From: an uncultured Chloroflexia bacterium
GTDB lineage: Bacteria > Chloroflexota > Anaerolineae > CG2-30-64-16
Assembly (NCBI GenBank): GCA_963810095.1
Contig: CAWEMM010000012.1
Coordinates: 416,001 to 480,000 of the forward strand
Direction: 5' to 3'
Length of the DNA: 64,000 bases
The notes below the pieces were generated by a model, which did not search any database, was not told the origin of the DNA, and saw only the letters and a program-made list of their open reading frames with translations. Both the position numbers and the translations under genes were made by a program. Positions 41,609 to 50,738 of this stretch are shown here, piece by piece; positions within the stretch are counted from its first letter, which is position 1; each line of letters starts with the position of its first letter.

Positions 41609-43429
41609 ATGAAGAGCATGAGGTGGGTTCCGCGCGTTCTGGTCGTGGTATTGGTGCTGGCTGCCGTGGCGGCCGGCGTCTCGGGCAGCAGTGCTGTGAG
41701 TGCGACGGGCATCCTGGGTAACAAGATCCTGGCGCACCAGTTGGACATCGAACTGGGCCGCGTGAAGCCTCAGAAATGGGAGCAACCGGTTTCATCAGGC
41801 GCCATGTATGCCCTGCTGGGCATCACCGGCGAACTGGACAAGCGAGCGGACGCGGCGGGACCGAACGCGCCGCGGCGCTTCAGCCCGCCCAGGGCGGGGA
41901 CCCTCGGCTGCCCGAACGCCTACGTGGGCAACGGGGAAGTGAACAACCGCGTCAACCGGGACTGCTCTTACCGGCGGCAGGCCGAAGAGGTGGTCGCAAT
42001 CAACCCGACGAACCGTCTGAACCTGGTCGCCGGCCAGAACGATTCTCGGATCGGCTTCAACCACTGCGGTTATGACTTCTCCTTTGACGGCGGCAAGACC
42101 TGGGGCGACATGGTCCCGCCGTTCTACGGGTATATCATGCCCGACGGGCACACGGCCGATGCCTGCAGCGACCCGACGGCCACCTTCGATTCGGGCGGCA
42201 ACGCCTACATTGGCGGCATCCTCTTTGACATTAACTCGGCCGCCAGCTCGTTTGTCGTCGCAAAATCCAACGCCCCGAACGGGGGCCAGTTCTATCACAC
42301 GCCGGCCGATCTGCCATACCAGGAGTTCAGGACCGATCCGCTGGGGATCGTGGCCGCAGACAACGACCCCAACGTCTTCCATGACAAGGAGTTCATCGTC
42401 GCGGATGCGAATCCGGCCAGCCCGAAGAAGGATACGGTCTACGCGACCTGGACGCGGTTTGCGGTCACGAACGAAGGCGTCGGCGCCGACAGCCCGATCT
42501 ACTTCAGCCAGTCCACGGACGGCGGCGCGACTTGGTCGCCCGGAATCGAGATCAGCGGCGCCAACCCGGCATTCTGCACCGATTTCAGCGGCCAGGCGAA
42601 CCCGAATGCTTGCGACCAGGACCAGGGCTCGCATCCGTTCGTGGGTCCCGATGGCACGCTCTACGTCGGTTTCGCAAACGGTAACACTCCGACTCTGGGG
42701 ATCAACAACGTGCTGCTGGTCTCGTGCCCCGCGACGGCCGACTGCTCCAATCCGGCGAGCTGGACCGCCCCATCCAAGGCCGGCGACACCTACTGGACCT
42801 TGCCGTTCGGTCCCGATCCGAACACGGGCTGCCCGCCCGGCCGGCAGTGCGTCCCGCCTAACGGCTACCGCACCGACTCATTCACCTCGATCTCCGTCTC
42901 AGTCGACCGGAACAACACGGTCTATCTGAGTTGGGAGGACTCGCGCAACCTGGGCGCGAGCTGCAACCCGCTGGGCGACGCGGCGACCGCAACGGGCCCG
43001 TGCGATACCGACGTCCGCTACGCGTACTCGACGGACAAGGGCGCGACGTGGAGCCCCGAAGTCCAGGTCACCCCTCCTGGCACCGCACAATGGATGCCCT
43101 GGAGCGCGGTCGCACCCGACGGCGGCACGTTCTACATTACCTACTATGATCGCCGGCACGGGGACTGCGAGACGACGGGCTGCAACGACATCACGGTCGC
43201 CAAGGTCCGCCAGCCAACCACGGCAACGCCGAAGGTCAGTTATGAGCGCCTGACGACGTCATCCATGCCAAACCTGACAACGGCGAACAACCCGATCCAG
43301 GCCGGGTTCCTGGGCGACTACATGTGGGTTGCGACCGATGCGACGGGGAAAGCATACGTGGTGTGGGCCGACACCCGCGGGCTGAACAGCACGATCGAGG
43401 AGGACATCTACTTCACGACCACTAAGTAG
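41609..43429 (+). CDS. Secreted BNR/Asp-box beta-propeller (sialidase-family-like) protein
   Basis: Signal peptide; Asp boxes SFDGGKTW, STDGGATW and STDKGATW; FLGDY and WADTR C-terminal motifs; many paired Cys. Confidence 0.8.
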   Translation: MKSMRWVPRVLVVVLVLAAVAAGVSGSSAVSATGILGNKILAHQLDIELGRVKPQKWEQPVSSGAMYALLGITGELDKRADAAGPNAPRRFSPPRAGTLGCPNAYVGNGEVNNRVNRDCSYRRQAEEVVAINPTNRLNLVAGQNDSRIGFNHCGYDFSFDGGKTWGDMVPPFYGYIMPDGHTADACSDPTATFDSGGNAYIGGILFDINSAASSFVVAKSNAPNGGQFYHTPADLPYQEFRTDPLGIVAADNDPNVFHDKEFIVADANPASPKKDTVYATWTRFAVTNEGVGADSPIYFSQSTDGGATWSPGIEISGANPAFCTDFSGQANPNACDQDQGSHPFVGPDGTLYVGFANGNTPTLGINNVLLVSCPATADCSNPASWTAPSKAGDTYWTLPFGPDPNTGCPPGRQCVPPNGYRTDSFTSISVSVDRNNTVYLSWEDSRNLGASCNPLGDAATATGPCDTDVRYAYSTDKGATWSPEVQVTPPGTAQWMPWSAVAPDGGTFYITYYDRRHGDCETTGCNDITVAKVRQPTTATPKVSYERLTTSSMPNLTTANNPIQAGFLGDYMWVATDATGKAYVVWADTRGLNSTIEEDIYFTTTK

Positions 43430-43445
43430 CATTAAGATCACAAGC

Positions 43446-43525
43446 GGGACGCGGATTGAACTGGTGAAACTGATCTGCCTGCTTCCGACTGCGGCAGTCA
43501 GGCAGACCAGTTCAATCTGCGTCCC
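43446..43525. repeat. Family B intergenic repeat
   Basis: GGGACGCGGATTGAACTGGT...ACCAGTTCAATCTGCGTCCC, between convergent genes. Confidence 0.8.
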
Positions 43526-43540
43526 ATTCTGCAGCGGGAC

Positions 43541-44608
43541 CTAGCAGCCGCCCGTTTCTTCCCACGTGCGCAGGCCCTGGCGGCTCAGGTAGATGGGAAT
43601 GTGCTGCCACAGCGCATTCGTCTGCTCCAGCTCGCGGATCATCGCGCGCTTGGCCGACGACATCTCGCCGCACAGAATGGCGACACTGCCGCCGTCGCCC
43701 CCCGCGCCGTTGACCTTCCAGCCCAGCGCACCGTGTCCTTTCGCGATCTCGATAATCTGCCAGGCTTCCGCGCCCACCAGCTCAGGATGCAGCTGCGCCT
43801 GTGCGCGCGTGTTGTCGGCCATGGCCGCGCCCAGTGCGGCCCAATCGCCCTCGTAGACCGCATCGCGTGATCGCTCCGCCGTCGTGCGCAGGGCCTCGAG
43901 CCGTGGGGAGTTGGGCCCTTCACCTTCGAGCTCGCGAATCACCTTCTTGTGCACGTCCGACGACGAGTGCGACTTACCCAGGAAAATCAGGGCCAGCCGG
44001 CGCTCGAGCTCCCACCAGGCAGCATTGGAGACCTGGATCGGCGAGACGGACGCGGTGGGGTACTGAAACATCTCGATGAAGTTGATCCCGCCGTATGCCG
44101 ACGCCAACTGGTCCTGGATACCCGACTGCTGCCCCAGCTCTTCGGTCTCGATGGCCCATGCCGTATAGGCGACCTCGTGCGGCGTCAGCCGGCCAGGCGT
44201 GAGGCGGTCCAGCGCGCCCACCAGCGCGACGGTGACGGCAGCCGAGGTGCCTGTCGACGCACCGCCGGGCGCTTCCGAAAAGATGGTCAGGTGAATCGCC
44301 ATGTCCTCGGGCACCCGCATCCGGCGGATCGCCGCCTCGAGCAGCGGATGCTTCTGCCAGCCATTCATCCGCAGGTCGCGCACGTAGTGGTCGCCGTAAT
44401 TCTCGGCATGGATCACGACGCGGTCGCCCCCAGACCCCTTGTCGAAAGGATACACCTGGATTTGAACCTCGGCGTAGGGATAGACGCCGATGTTGAAGAT
44501 CTTGCCGTGGCCTGCGAACCAGGTGTCCGTCCAGCCGCCGTTGTCGCAGATCCGGATGGGGGCGACGGCGTTGACGATGCGCAGGGGGCGAAGGGGGGAC
44601 TCGGTCAT
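43541..44608 (-). CDS. GHMP kinase (HddA-like)
   Basis: APIRI...GGWTD, variant P-loop PGGASTGTSAA, GIQDQ..SAYGG and KVNGAGGDGG. Confidence 0.85.
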   Translation of the reverse strand: MTESPLRPLRIVNAVAPIRICDNGGWTDTWFAGHGKIFNIGVYPYAEVQIQVYPFDKGSGGDRVVIHAENYGDHYVRDLRMNGWQKHPLLEAAIRRMRVPEDMAIHLTIFSEAPGGASTGTSAAVTVALVGALDRLTPGRLTPHEVAYTAWAIETEELGQQSGIQDQLASAYGGINFIEMFQYPTASVSPIQVSNAAWWELERRLALIFLGKSHSSSDVHKKVIRELEGEGPNSPRLEALRTTAERSRDAVYEGDWAALGAAMADNTRAQAQLHPELVGAEAWQIIEIAKGHGALGWKVNGAGGDGGSVAILCGEMSSAKRAMIRELEQTNALWQHIPIYLSRQGLRTWEETGGC

Positions 44609-44625
44609 CGGGAAACCTCTTTCAG

Positions 44626-44696
44626 CACAAAGTCGCGAAGACACGAAGGGTCACCGAGCTCTTCGTGAGGCTTCGTGGCTTGGTGTCTTCGTGGTT
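44626..44696. repeat. Family A intergenic repeat
   Basis: CACAAAGTCGCGAAGACACGAAG...CTTGGTGTCTTCGTGGT. Confidence 0.75.
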
Positions 44697-45849
44697 AGCT
44701 CACAGGTGCGCCGACGCGCAAGTTGGGTGAGACGACAGGCAGGCTGAGCAAGATGAAGCCCAGGAGCAGGCTGAGCGGCAGCACCCACAGTGCGACTGCA
44801 AACGAGTTAGCCGCGGTCAGGGCTGTCACCAACAGCGGGACGACGACCCCGCCCATCGGGATGCCGATCTTGACTGCACCGAGCACGGTGCCGGTCATGT
44901 CGCGGTAGGCCAGGCCGGCGTACGACAGGATCAAGGGCAGTTGGGCCGAGAGGCACGCGCCTGCCACGCATGCCATAACCCACGTCAGCGGGCCGAGGTC
45001 GACCAGGAACAAGAGGCCGAACGACGCGACGCCCAAGCCAAAGAGCACCCGCATCATGCTGCGCAGCCGCTCGGGCCGCACCAGCACGCCGACAATCACC
45101 CGCCCCGTAATCATGCCTGCGTACATGACGATGAGGCCGAACTGGGCCGCCCGTGGCGCGAAGTCGCGTAGGTCGGCGAGATACGTGCTGAGCAGCCCGA
45201 TGGTGGCGGACTCCACGCCGGCCGACAGCAGGATCGCCAGGAACAAAACCAGGATGAGGCGGCTGCGGCCAATGACCGCCAACTTCTCGCGGAAGGTCGT
45301 ACCTGCTCCGCGCAACTGCTTCATCCGCACGAGCACGAACACCACGGCCAGCAGCGCCACGGCCACCGCCGCCTGCACCAGCGCGCTGCGCCACTCGAGC
45401 GAGAGGAAAATGAGGTAGAGCGCGATCAAGGCCGACCCAAACGTGACAAAGAGGTGGTTGACGTTGACGAAGGTCGCCGCTCGGCGCTCGTGCAGATCGA
45501 ACAACATCGCATCGGCCACGCCCTCGTAGGTGCCAACGCCCACACCGACCAGCATCATAACCAACGCGTTGAGCCAGAACACCTGCGTGCGAAAGAACGC
45601 AAAGAAGGCCAGCGCGGTGATCACGCTGCCGACGGCCAGGATGCGGGGCTTGGAGTGGGTGTCGGCCAGCGCGCCGCTGACGGCCACCGACACGCCAAAC
45701 CCGACATTCTGCACCGCGAGCAGGATGCCGATCTGCTGCGGGGTCAGCCCAATGTTCCGCGCCGCGGCCCCGATGATCGAATATCCCACCCCCAGAAAGA
45801 ACATGGCGGCGAAGGATGCAGCAGTGATGGCGCGTGGGTTGCGGATCAC
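44695..45849 (-). CDS. MFS transporter
   Basis: About 12 hydrophobic segments and a GALAD...KP motif A-like loop. Confidence 0.85.
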   Translation of the reverse strand: MIRNPRAITAASFAAMFFLGVGYSIIGAAARNIGLTPQQIGILLAVQNVGFGVSVAVSGALADTHSKPRILAVGSVITALAFFAFFRTQVFWLNALVMMLVGVGVGTYEGVADAMLFDLHERRAATFVNVNHLFVTFGSALIALYLIFLSLEWRSALVQAAVAVALLAVVFVLVRMKQLRGAGTTFREKLAVIGRSRLILVLFLAILLSAGVESATIGLLSTYLADLRDFAPRAAQFGLIVMYAGMITGRVIVGVLVRPERLRSMMRVLFGLGVASFGLLFLVDLGPLTWVMACVAGACLSAQLPLILSYAGLAYRDMTGTVLGAVKIGIPMGGVVVPLLVTALTAANSFAVALWVLPLSLLLGFILLSLPVVSPNLRVGAPVS

Positions 45850-45869
45850 AGGGTCTCCTGGTGGGGTGG

Positions 45870-45963
45870 AATGGAACGCAGATCAAACTGATTGAACTGA
45901 TCGCTATGATCTTTGAGAAGGAATCATCCGAATCAGTTCGATCAGTCAAATCTGCGTCCAATT
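45870..45963. repeat. Family B intergenic repeat
   Basis: GGAACGCAGATCAAACTGATTGAACTGAT...ATCAGTTCGATCAGTCAAATCTGCGTCC. Confidence 0.8.
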
Positions 45964-45964
45964 A

Positions 45965-47245
45965 TTACTTGCGGTGGTGCAGGTTCGTCGCCGCGATCCA
46001 GCTCAGGCCGGCCTCCGTGAGGACGCGGGCCGTGCGATTCACCGACTCGTGCTTGTCCAGGTAGTTCTGGAGCAGTACGTCCATCTCGTGCGCATCCTCA
46101 ATCTCTTCCTTCTTGCGGAAGTAGTCGAGAATGCTTGACGAATGGGCCCGCGTCGCTTCCACGTCGGGGTCGCCACCCTCGTGCTTCGCCGAAATGTTGG
46201 GCACGTGGTCGGCCAGCTGAACCAACTCGTCGCGGCGGTTGTATGGCTGGATGACGATATGACGGTACGCCTCGGTGATGTGGTGCTCGAAGCGGACCAC
46301 CTGCTCGAACCCGAGCAGCTTGCGGAACTGCGCCGTGATCTCGAGGGTCTCGTTGTTAGCCGAGTTGCCCCAGTTGAAGCCGATCAGCGGCGAGGTGCCA
46401 TCGTCGCGCGAGAAGAGCTTCGCGGCCATCAGGGTCCACAACGCGGCGAACGGGTTGTCGTTCCCCACGAACACGCTGATCTTAAACTCGTTCTGGATGC
46501 CCAGCTTGTAGAGCAGGTAGCCCGCCAGAATGGTGCCCGGGTTGATGTTCAAGACCTGCCGAGTGCCGTAGGTGGTGTAGTAATAGAGGAACTCGTCCAC
46601 CCACATGAGCACGTGGTCGTTCGGCTGGCCCACGCCGCCAAAGTAGCCCGTAATCGTGTCTGGCCCGCCAAGGTGGATGTTCGAGCCGTCGGTGCCCTTC
46701 GTGTCGAGTGTTTCGACGTACGAAGCGCCCATGATCTGCATCGCAGCCGCGAGCGCCAGCATGTCGCCGCAGTCACCCTCCGATTCGCGCATCTTACGCA
46801 CGCGAATGTAGCGACCCGGCATCAACTCGCACTTCTCGATGGACTGTCGCGCTTCCGCAATCAGCCAGGGGAAATACTGGGTCGCGCTGATCTCCAGCGT
46901 AACGGCGAATTCATCCTTGAACGCTGTCGTCTCGGCCCGCTCGCCGAGCACCTGTTTCCGATATGCCGCCTCGGTGACGAAGGCGCCCGCGTCCCGCTGC
47001 TTTTGCAGCCAGATCAGGTCGTCCAGGTAGCAGCAATCGTGTTCGGCCAGCCGGGTCATCAGGTTGTCGAGGTCGCGCGCCTTGGCAGCCTTCGCGTTGA
47101 TTTCCTCCGGCGTGCCATACTTCGCCACGACGTCCAGCAGGTCGTTGATCACCCGCAGGTTCGGGTCCAGCAGCAGCGAGTTAAGGTCATCCAATCGTGC
47201 CTGAGGGATGCGCAGCCTCGCGCGTAGCTCGTCTCTGTTAGCCAC
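45965..47245 (-). CDS. Hypothetical protein of unknown function (426 aa, soluble, enzyme-like)
   Basis: Long ORF with strong codon bias, co-oriented between panB and the MFS gene. I recognise no family. Confidence 0.85.
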   Translation of the reverse strand: MANRDELRARLRIPQARLDDLNSLLLDPNLRVINDLLDVVAKYGTPEEINAKAAKARDLDNLMTRLAEHDCCYLDDLIWLQKQRDAGAFVTEAAYRKQVLGERAETTAFKDEFAVTLEISATQYFPWLIAEARQSIEKCELMPGRYIRVRKMRESEGDCGDMLALAAAMQIMGASYVETLDTKGTDGSNIHLGGPDTITGYFGGVGQPNDHVLMWVDEFLYYYTTYGTRQVLNINPGTILAGYLLYKLGIQNEFKISVFVGNDNPFAALWTLMAAKLFSRDDGTSPLIGFNWGNSANNETLEITAQFRKLLGFEQVVRFEHHITEAYRHIVIQPYNRRDELVQLADHVPNISAKHEGGDPDVEATRAHSSSILDYFRKKEEIEDAHEMDVLLQNYLDKHESVNRTARVLTEAGLSWIAATNLHHRK

Positions 47246-47270
47246 AGTTCACCTCGCAGTTAGGGATTTC

Positions 47271-47330
47271 ACCACAAAGGCACAAAGACACGCAGCTAAG
47301 GATGCCATTGTGCCTTCGTGTCTTTGTGTT
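47271..47330. repeat. Family A intergenic repeat
   Basis: ACCACAAAGGCACAAAGACAC...GTGCCTTCGTGTCTTTGTGTT. Confidence 0.8.
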
Positions 47331-48198
47331 ATTGCTTGTTGTCTTCCGCGATGAGCCGCTTGAGCTCGACCAACTCTTCTTCCTTGATGCCGAAGTAGCG
47401 CTCGGGATCGGGGAACTTCTTGCTCGTCACCTCGTTGACGTACTCCTTCAGCCCGTCGCCGATGACCTTGCCGGCGTCGCCGTACTTCTTTGCCATCTTC
47501 GGCGTGAAGCGCGGGTAGAGGCCGAACATGTCATGGAAGATCAGGAGTTGCCCGTGTGCGTTGGGTCCGCTGCCCAGCGAAATGATCGGCACCTTCGAGC
47601 GCTCGGTAATGATCTGGCAGACCTGGTCGGGCACCAGCTCGAGCAGGATTGCCATTGCGCCGGCATCCTCCAGCGCCTTTGCGTCGTCCACGATCTTCTT
47701 CGCCTGTTTGCCGCTCTTGCCCTGCAGGCGGAAGCCGCCAAGTGAGGACACGCTTTGCGGGGTTAGCCCCAGGTGCCCCATGACCGGGATGCCCGCGGCC
47801 ACGATCGCGCGCACCCGCGAGCAAACCTCGATCCCGCCTTCCAGCTTGATCCCATCACACGCGGCCTCGGCCATGAACCGGCCCGCGTTCAGCACGGCGG
47901 ACTCGTCTGACGCCTGGTAGCTCATGTAGGGCATGTCGCCGATGAGCCAGCCGTTGGGAGTGCCGCGGCGCACGGCCTGGGCGTGGCGGATCATGTCGGT
48001 CATCGTAACAGGGAGGGTCGAATCGAACCCGAGGATGGTCATCCCCAGGCTGTCGCCGACGAGAACGATGTCGATGCCGGCCTGTTCCACCAGGTAGGCC
48101 ATCGGGTAATCGTAGCACGTAACCATGGTGAGCGGCGTGCCCTTCGCCATCTTGTCGAAGAGCACGGGGAGCGAGACTTTCTTACGCTGTTCGGCCAT
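47329..48198 (-). CDS. panB: 3-methyl-2-oxobutanoate hydroxymethyltransferase
   Basis: MVTCYD, LVGDSLGM, DMPYMSY, KLEGG and GHLGLTPQS. Confidence 0.95.
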   Translation of the reverse strand: MAEQRKKVSLPVLFDKMAKGTPLTMVTCYDYPMAYLVEQAGIDIVLVGDSLGMTILGFDSTLPVTMTDMIRHAQAVRRGTPNGWLIGDMPYMSYQASDESAVLNAGRFMAEAACDGIKLEGGIEVCSRVRAIVAAGIPVMGHLGLTPQSVSSLGGFRLQGKSGKQAKKIVDDAKALEDAGAMAILLELVPDQVCQIITERSKVPIISLGSGPNAHGQLLIFHDMFGLYPRFTPKMAKKYGDAGKVIGDGLKEYVNEVTSKKFPDPERYFGIKEEELVELKRLIAEDNKQ

Positions 48199-48352
48199 TG
48201 GGGAGTGACTCCTGTGTCGCGTTGGGTGGTTCCGAGTGCGGGCGGCGCGCACAAATACCTGACGCCACCATCCAATGCAGTTTACACGGAAACGGCGCTT
48301 TGGGCCAAACGACCCGCCCGTCTGCATCTCGGGCCCGAACACCAGGGCGGCT

Positions 48353-48381
48353 TTGCACCCAAGCACCAGTCGGGATACAAT
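48353..48381 (+). promoter_or_regulatory. Putative promoter for pfp
   Basis: TTGCAC-N17-TACAAT. Confidence 0.55.
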
Positions 48382-48431
48382 CCCCTCAAGCACCCTGTTG
48401 GCCTCATCGCTCTACTCGGGAGGTTCCTTCT

Positions 48432-49733
48432 ATGCTCTCTGACAGCCACACCCCACGCATGGGCATTCTCGTCGGCGGCGGACCCGCCCCCGGCATCAAC
48501 GGCGTCATTCATTCCGCCACGATCGAAGCGATCAACAACGGGATCGAAGTCGTCGGCATCTACGACGGCTTTCAGCACTTGATGGAGGGCAAGCTCGTCT
48601 CCACGCCGTTGACGATCAACAGCGTCTCGCGCATCCACCGGGACGGCGGCTCCATCCTACGAACGTCGCGGGCCAACCCCACCAAAAAAGACGAGGACCT
48701 CAAGCGGTGCGCCTGTGCATTGGCCGAGGCGGGCATCTCCTTGCTCGTGGGCATCGGTGGGGATGACACCGCCTACTCGCTCTACCGGGTTTCAAAACAC
48801 GCTTGCGAAGACATGGGGCTCGCCGTGCGGTCGGTGCACGTGCCGAAGACGATCGACAATGACCTGCCCCTGCCGGAGGGCATTCCCACCTTCGGCTTCG
48901 AGACGGCGCGGGAGGTTGGCTCGAAAATCGTGATGAACTTCATGGAGGACGCGCTGACCAGCCAGACCTGGTTTATCGTGGTCACCATGGGACGCAAAGC
49001 CGGACACCTGGCACTGGGCATTGGGAAGAGCTCAGGCGCGACGCTGACCGTGATTCCCGAAGAGTGGCACGGCCAAAAGATCCGGCTGCAGGAAGTGGTC
49101 GATATTCTCGTGACTGCCGTCATCCGGCGTCTCGTGGACGGCCGGCGCCACGGCGTCGCGCTGATCGCCGAGGGCATTCTCGAGTACCTCGACGATCGGG
49201 ATCGGGAGTACCTGCAGGGCATCGATGCGCTCGACCCCCACGGCCACGTGCGCCTGCATGACATGAACTTCTCGGACATCCTCAAGCGCTGGGTGATCAA
49301 GGACCTCGCCGGCCTGGGCATCGAAATGCAGGTGCGCGACAAGGAGTTGGGCTACGAATTGCGGTGCGCGCCGCCCATCGCCTACGATGTCGACTACACC
49401 CGCTCTCTTGGACAGGCCGCCGTCGACTTTCTGCTGCGCGGGGGCAACCACGCTACGATCAGCCTGCAGGGCAACAAGTCGGTGGACATTCCATCAGAGA
49501 CGATCATGGACCCCGCAACAGGCAAGATCGGCGTGCGTATGGTCAACCCCGACTCCTTCACCTACCAGTCCGCGCTCAAGTTCATGATCCGACTCAAGGC
49601 GGGAGACGAAAAAGATCCGATGTTCTTCCCGCGGCTGGCAATGCAGACCAATCTATCGGTGGACCGGTTCAAGGCCCGCTACGGGTACCTGATCGACGCA
49701 GCGCCGCGTCCCGACCTGCCCGGCCTGTCATGA
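48432..49733 (+). CDS. pfp: Pyrophosphate-dependent 6-phosphofructokinase
   Basis: GGGPAPGIN, GGDDT (Asp indicates PPi use), PKTIDNDL, MGRKAGHLA and GYELRC. Confidence 0.9.
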   Translation: MLSDSHTPRMGILVGGGPAPGINGVIHSATIEAINNGIEVVGIYDGFQHLMEGKLVSTPLTINSVSRIHRDGGSILRTSRANPTKKDEDLKRCACALAEAGISLLVGIGGDDTAYSLYRVSKHACEDMGLAVRSVHVPKTIDNDLPLPEGIPTFGFETAREVGSKIVMNFMEDALTSQTWFIVVTMGRKAGHLALGIGKSSGATLTVIPEEWHGQKIRLQEVVDILVTAVIRRLVDGRRHGVALIAEGILEYLDDRDREYLQGIDALDPHGHVRLHDMNFSDILKRWVIKDLAGLGIEMQVRDKELGYELRCAPPIAYDVDYTRSLGQAAVDFLLRGGNHATISLQGNKSVDIPSETIMDPATGKIGVRMVNPDSFTYQSALKFMIRLKAGDEKDPMFFPRLAMQTNLSVDRFKARYGYLIDAAPRPDLPGLS

Positions 49734-50188
49734 TCGACGCGAACACCCGCCTCGTCACGACCCCCGACGCCCGACCCGCCGCTCAGGTCCGCTTTCGCGT
49801 CCGCTACTTCGAGACCGACGCGATGGGCATCGTCCATCACTCGGCCTACATCACGTGGTTCGAGGAGGGGCGCAGTGGTTTCACGAGAGCGATCGGCTAT
49901 CCGTATTCCCGGATGGAGCAGGAAGGCGTCAGCCTGGCCGTGGCCGAGGTCAGCGCGCGCTACCACCGTCCCGCCCGTTACGACGACGAGGTGGTGGTGC
50001 AAGCCGAGCTGACGGAGTTGGGCAGCCGGGGCATGACGTTCCGTTACGAGGTGCGGCGTGCGGAAGACGACGAGCTGCTGGTCACAGGCAGCTCCAAGCA
50101 TATCTCGGTGGACCCGCAGGGTCGGGTCACCAGGCTTGCGCCATCCCTGCGCCAGCTACTCGAAGAAAAGGTCAAGGCTGGACGCTGA
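49730..50188 (+). CDS. Acyl-CoA thioesterase (YbgC/4HBT hotdog fold)
   Basis: RVRY.ETDAMGIVHHSAY..WFEEGR and Y.RPARYDD; ATGA overlap with pfp. Confidence 0.9.
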   Translation: MIDANTRLVTTPDARPAAQVRFRVRYFETDAMGIVHHSAYITWFEEGRSGFTRAIGYPYSRMEQEGVSLAVAEVSARYHRPARYDDEVVVQAELTELGSRGMTFRYEVRRAEDDELLVTGSSKHISVDPQGRVTRLAPSLRQLLEEKVKAGR

Positions 50189-50218
50189 CGGCCAGGGATA
50201 GATGGACCCGCATAACGC

Positions 50219-50251
50219 AGGAGCCCGGTTTCTGGCAGAAACCGGGCTCCT
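50219..50251. repeat. REP-like palindrome (CCCGGTTTCT..AGAAACCGGG type), next to a family B half-site at ~50273-50299
   Basis: Perfect 16 bp IR with a one-base centre between convergent genes. A degenerate copy lies near 58323-58350. Confidence 0.75.
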
Positions 50252-50300
50252 TTCCTCATCATCTGTTCCGGGCAATCCAATCGGTTCAATCAGCGTTCCT

Positions 50301-50738
50301 TCATTCTTCGGATTCCTCAGTCTCTTCCGAATCGGGCGCGCGAGGGTCCCAACGCTCCACCGCATGCCGCTGCACGACGACGTTCCCGTCCGCCGTGCGG
50401 ATTTCGGCCGCGCCCAGGTCCCACCAGCCGACCTTGCCGCTGACCGTATCCCCATTCCACATTTGCAGGGTCAAGGGCCGGCCTTCCTGCATGGCGAAAA
50501 CAAACGCTCGATTCAGCGCCTTGCGCGGCCAATCGAGGCGCCAGCGCAGCTCATCAAATGGCACGCCGAAATAATCTGCCAACATGGCGATGGACGGATC
50601 GTCGCCAACGGCCCGGTAGCGCTGTTCCATGTACCGGTACAGACCCTTGGGCAACTCGGGCAGGGCGGCTTCGATCTCCGCGGGCGTAACCCCGCCCCGC
50701 TGGGCACGCAGCATCCGCAGGCGATCGCCGAGGCTCAT
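50301..50738 (-). CDS. XRE-type HTH fused to an Hfq/Sm-like domain (gene B)
   Basis: N-terminal LGDRLRMLRAQRG...LADYFGVP. C-terminal PLTLQMWNGDTVSGKVGWWD...VVVQRHAV aligns with Hfq [20 protein letters not shown]...MVYKHAI. Confidence 0.75.
   Translation of the reverse strand: MSLGDRLRMLRAQRGGVTPAEIEAALPELPKGLYRYMEQRYRAVGDDPSIAMLADYFGVPFDELRWRLDWPRKALNRAFVFAMQEGRPLTLQMWNGDTVSGKVGWWDLGAAEIRTADGNVVVQRHAVERWDPRAPDSEETEESEE

Noticed and set aside
41398-41785. Small ORFs in the pfkB/BNR divergent region
   Set aside because: They overlap promoters and the real gene start, with no motif or SD support.
48199-48350. pan RNA motif upstream of panB
   Set aside because: No matching bulged-A hairpin was recognisable by eye.
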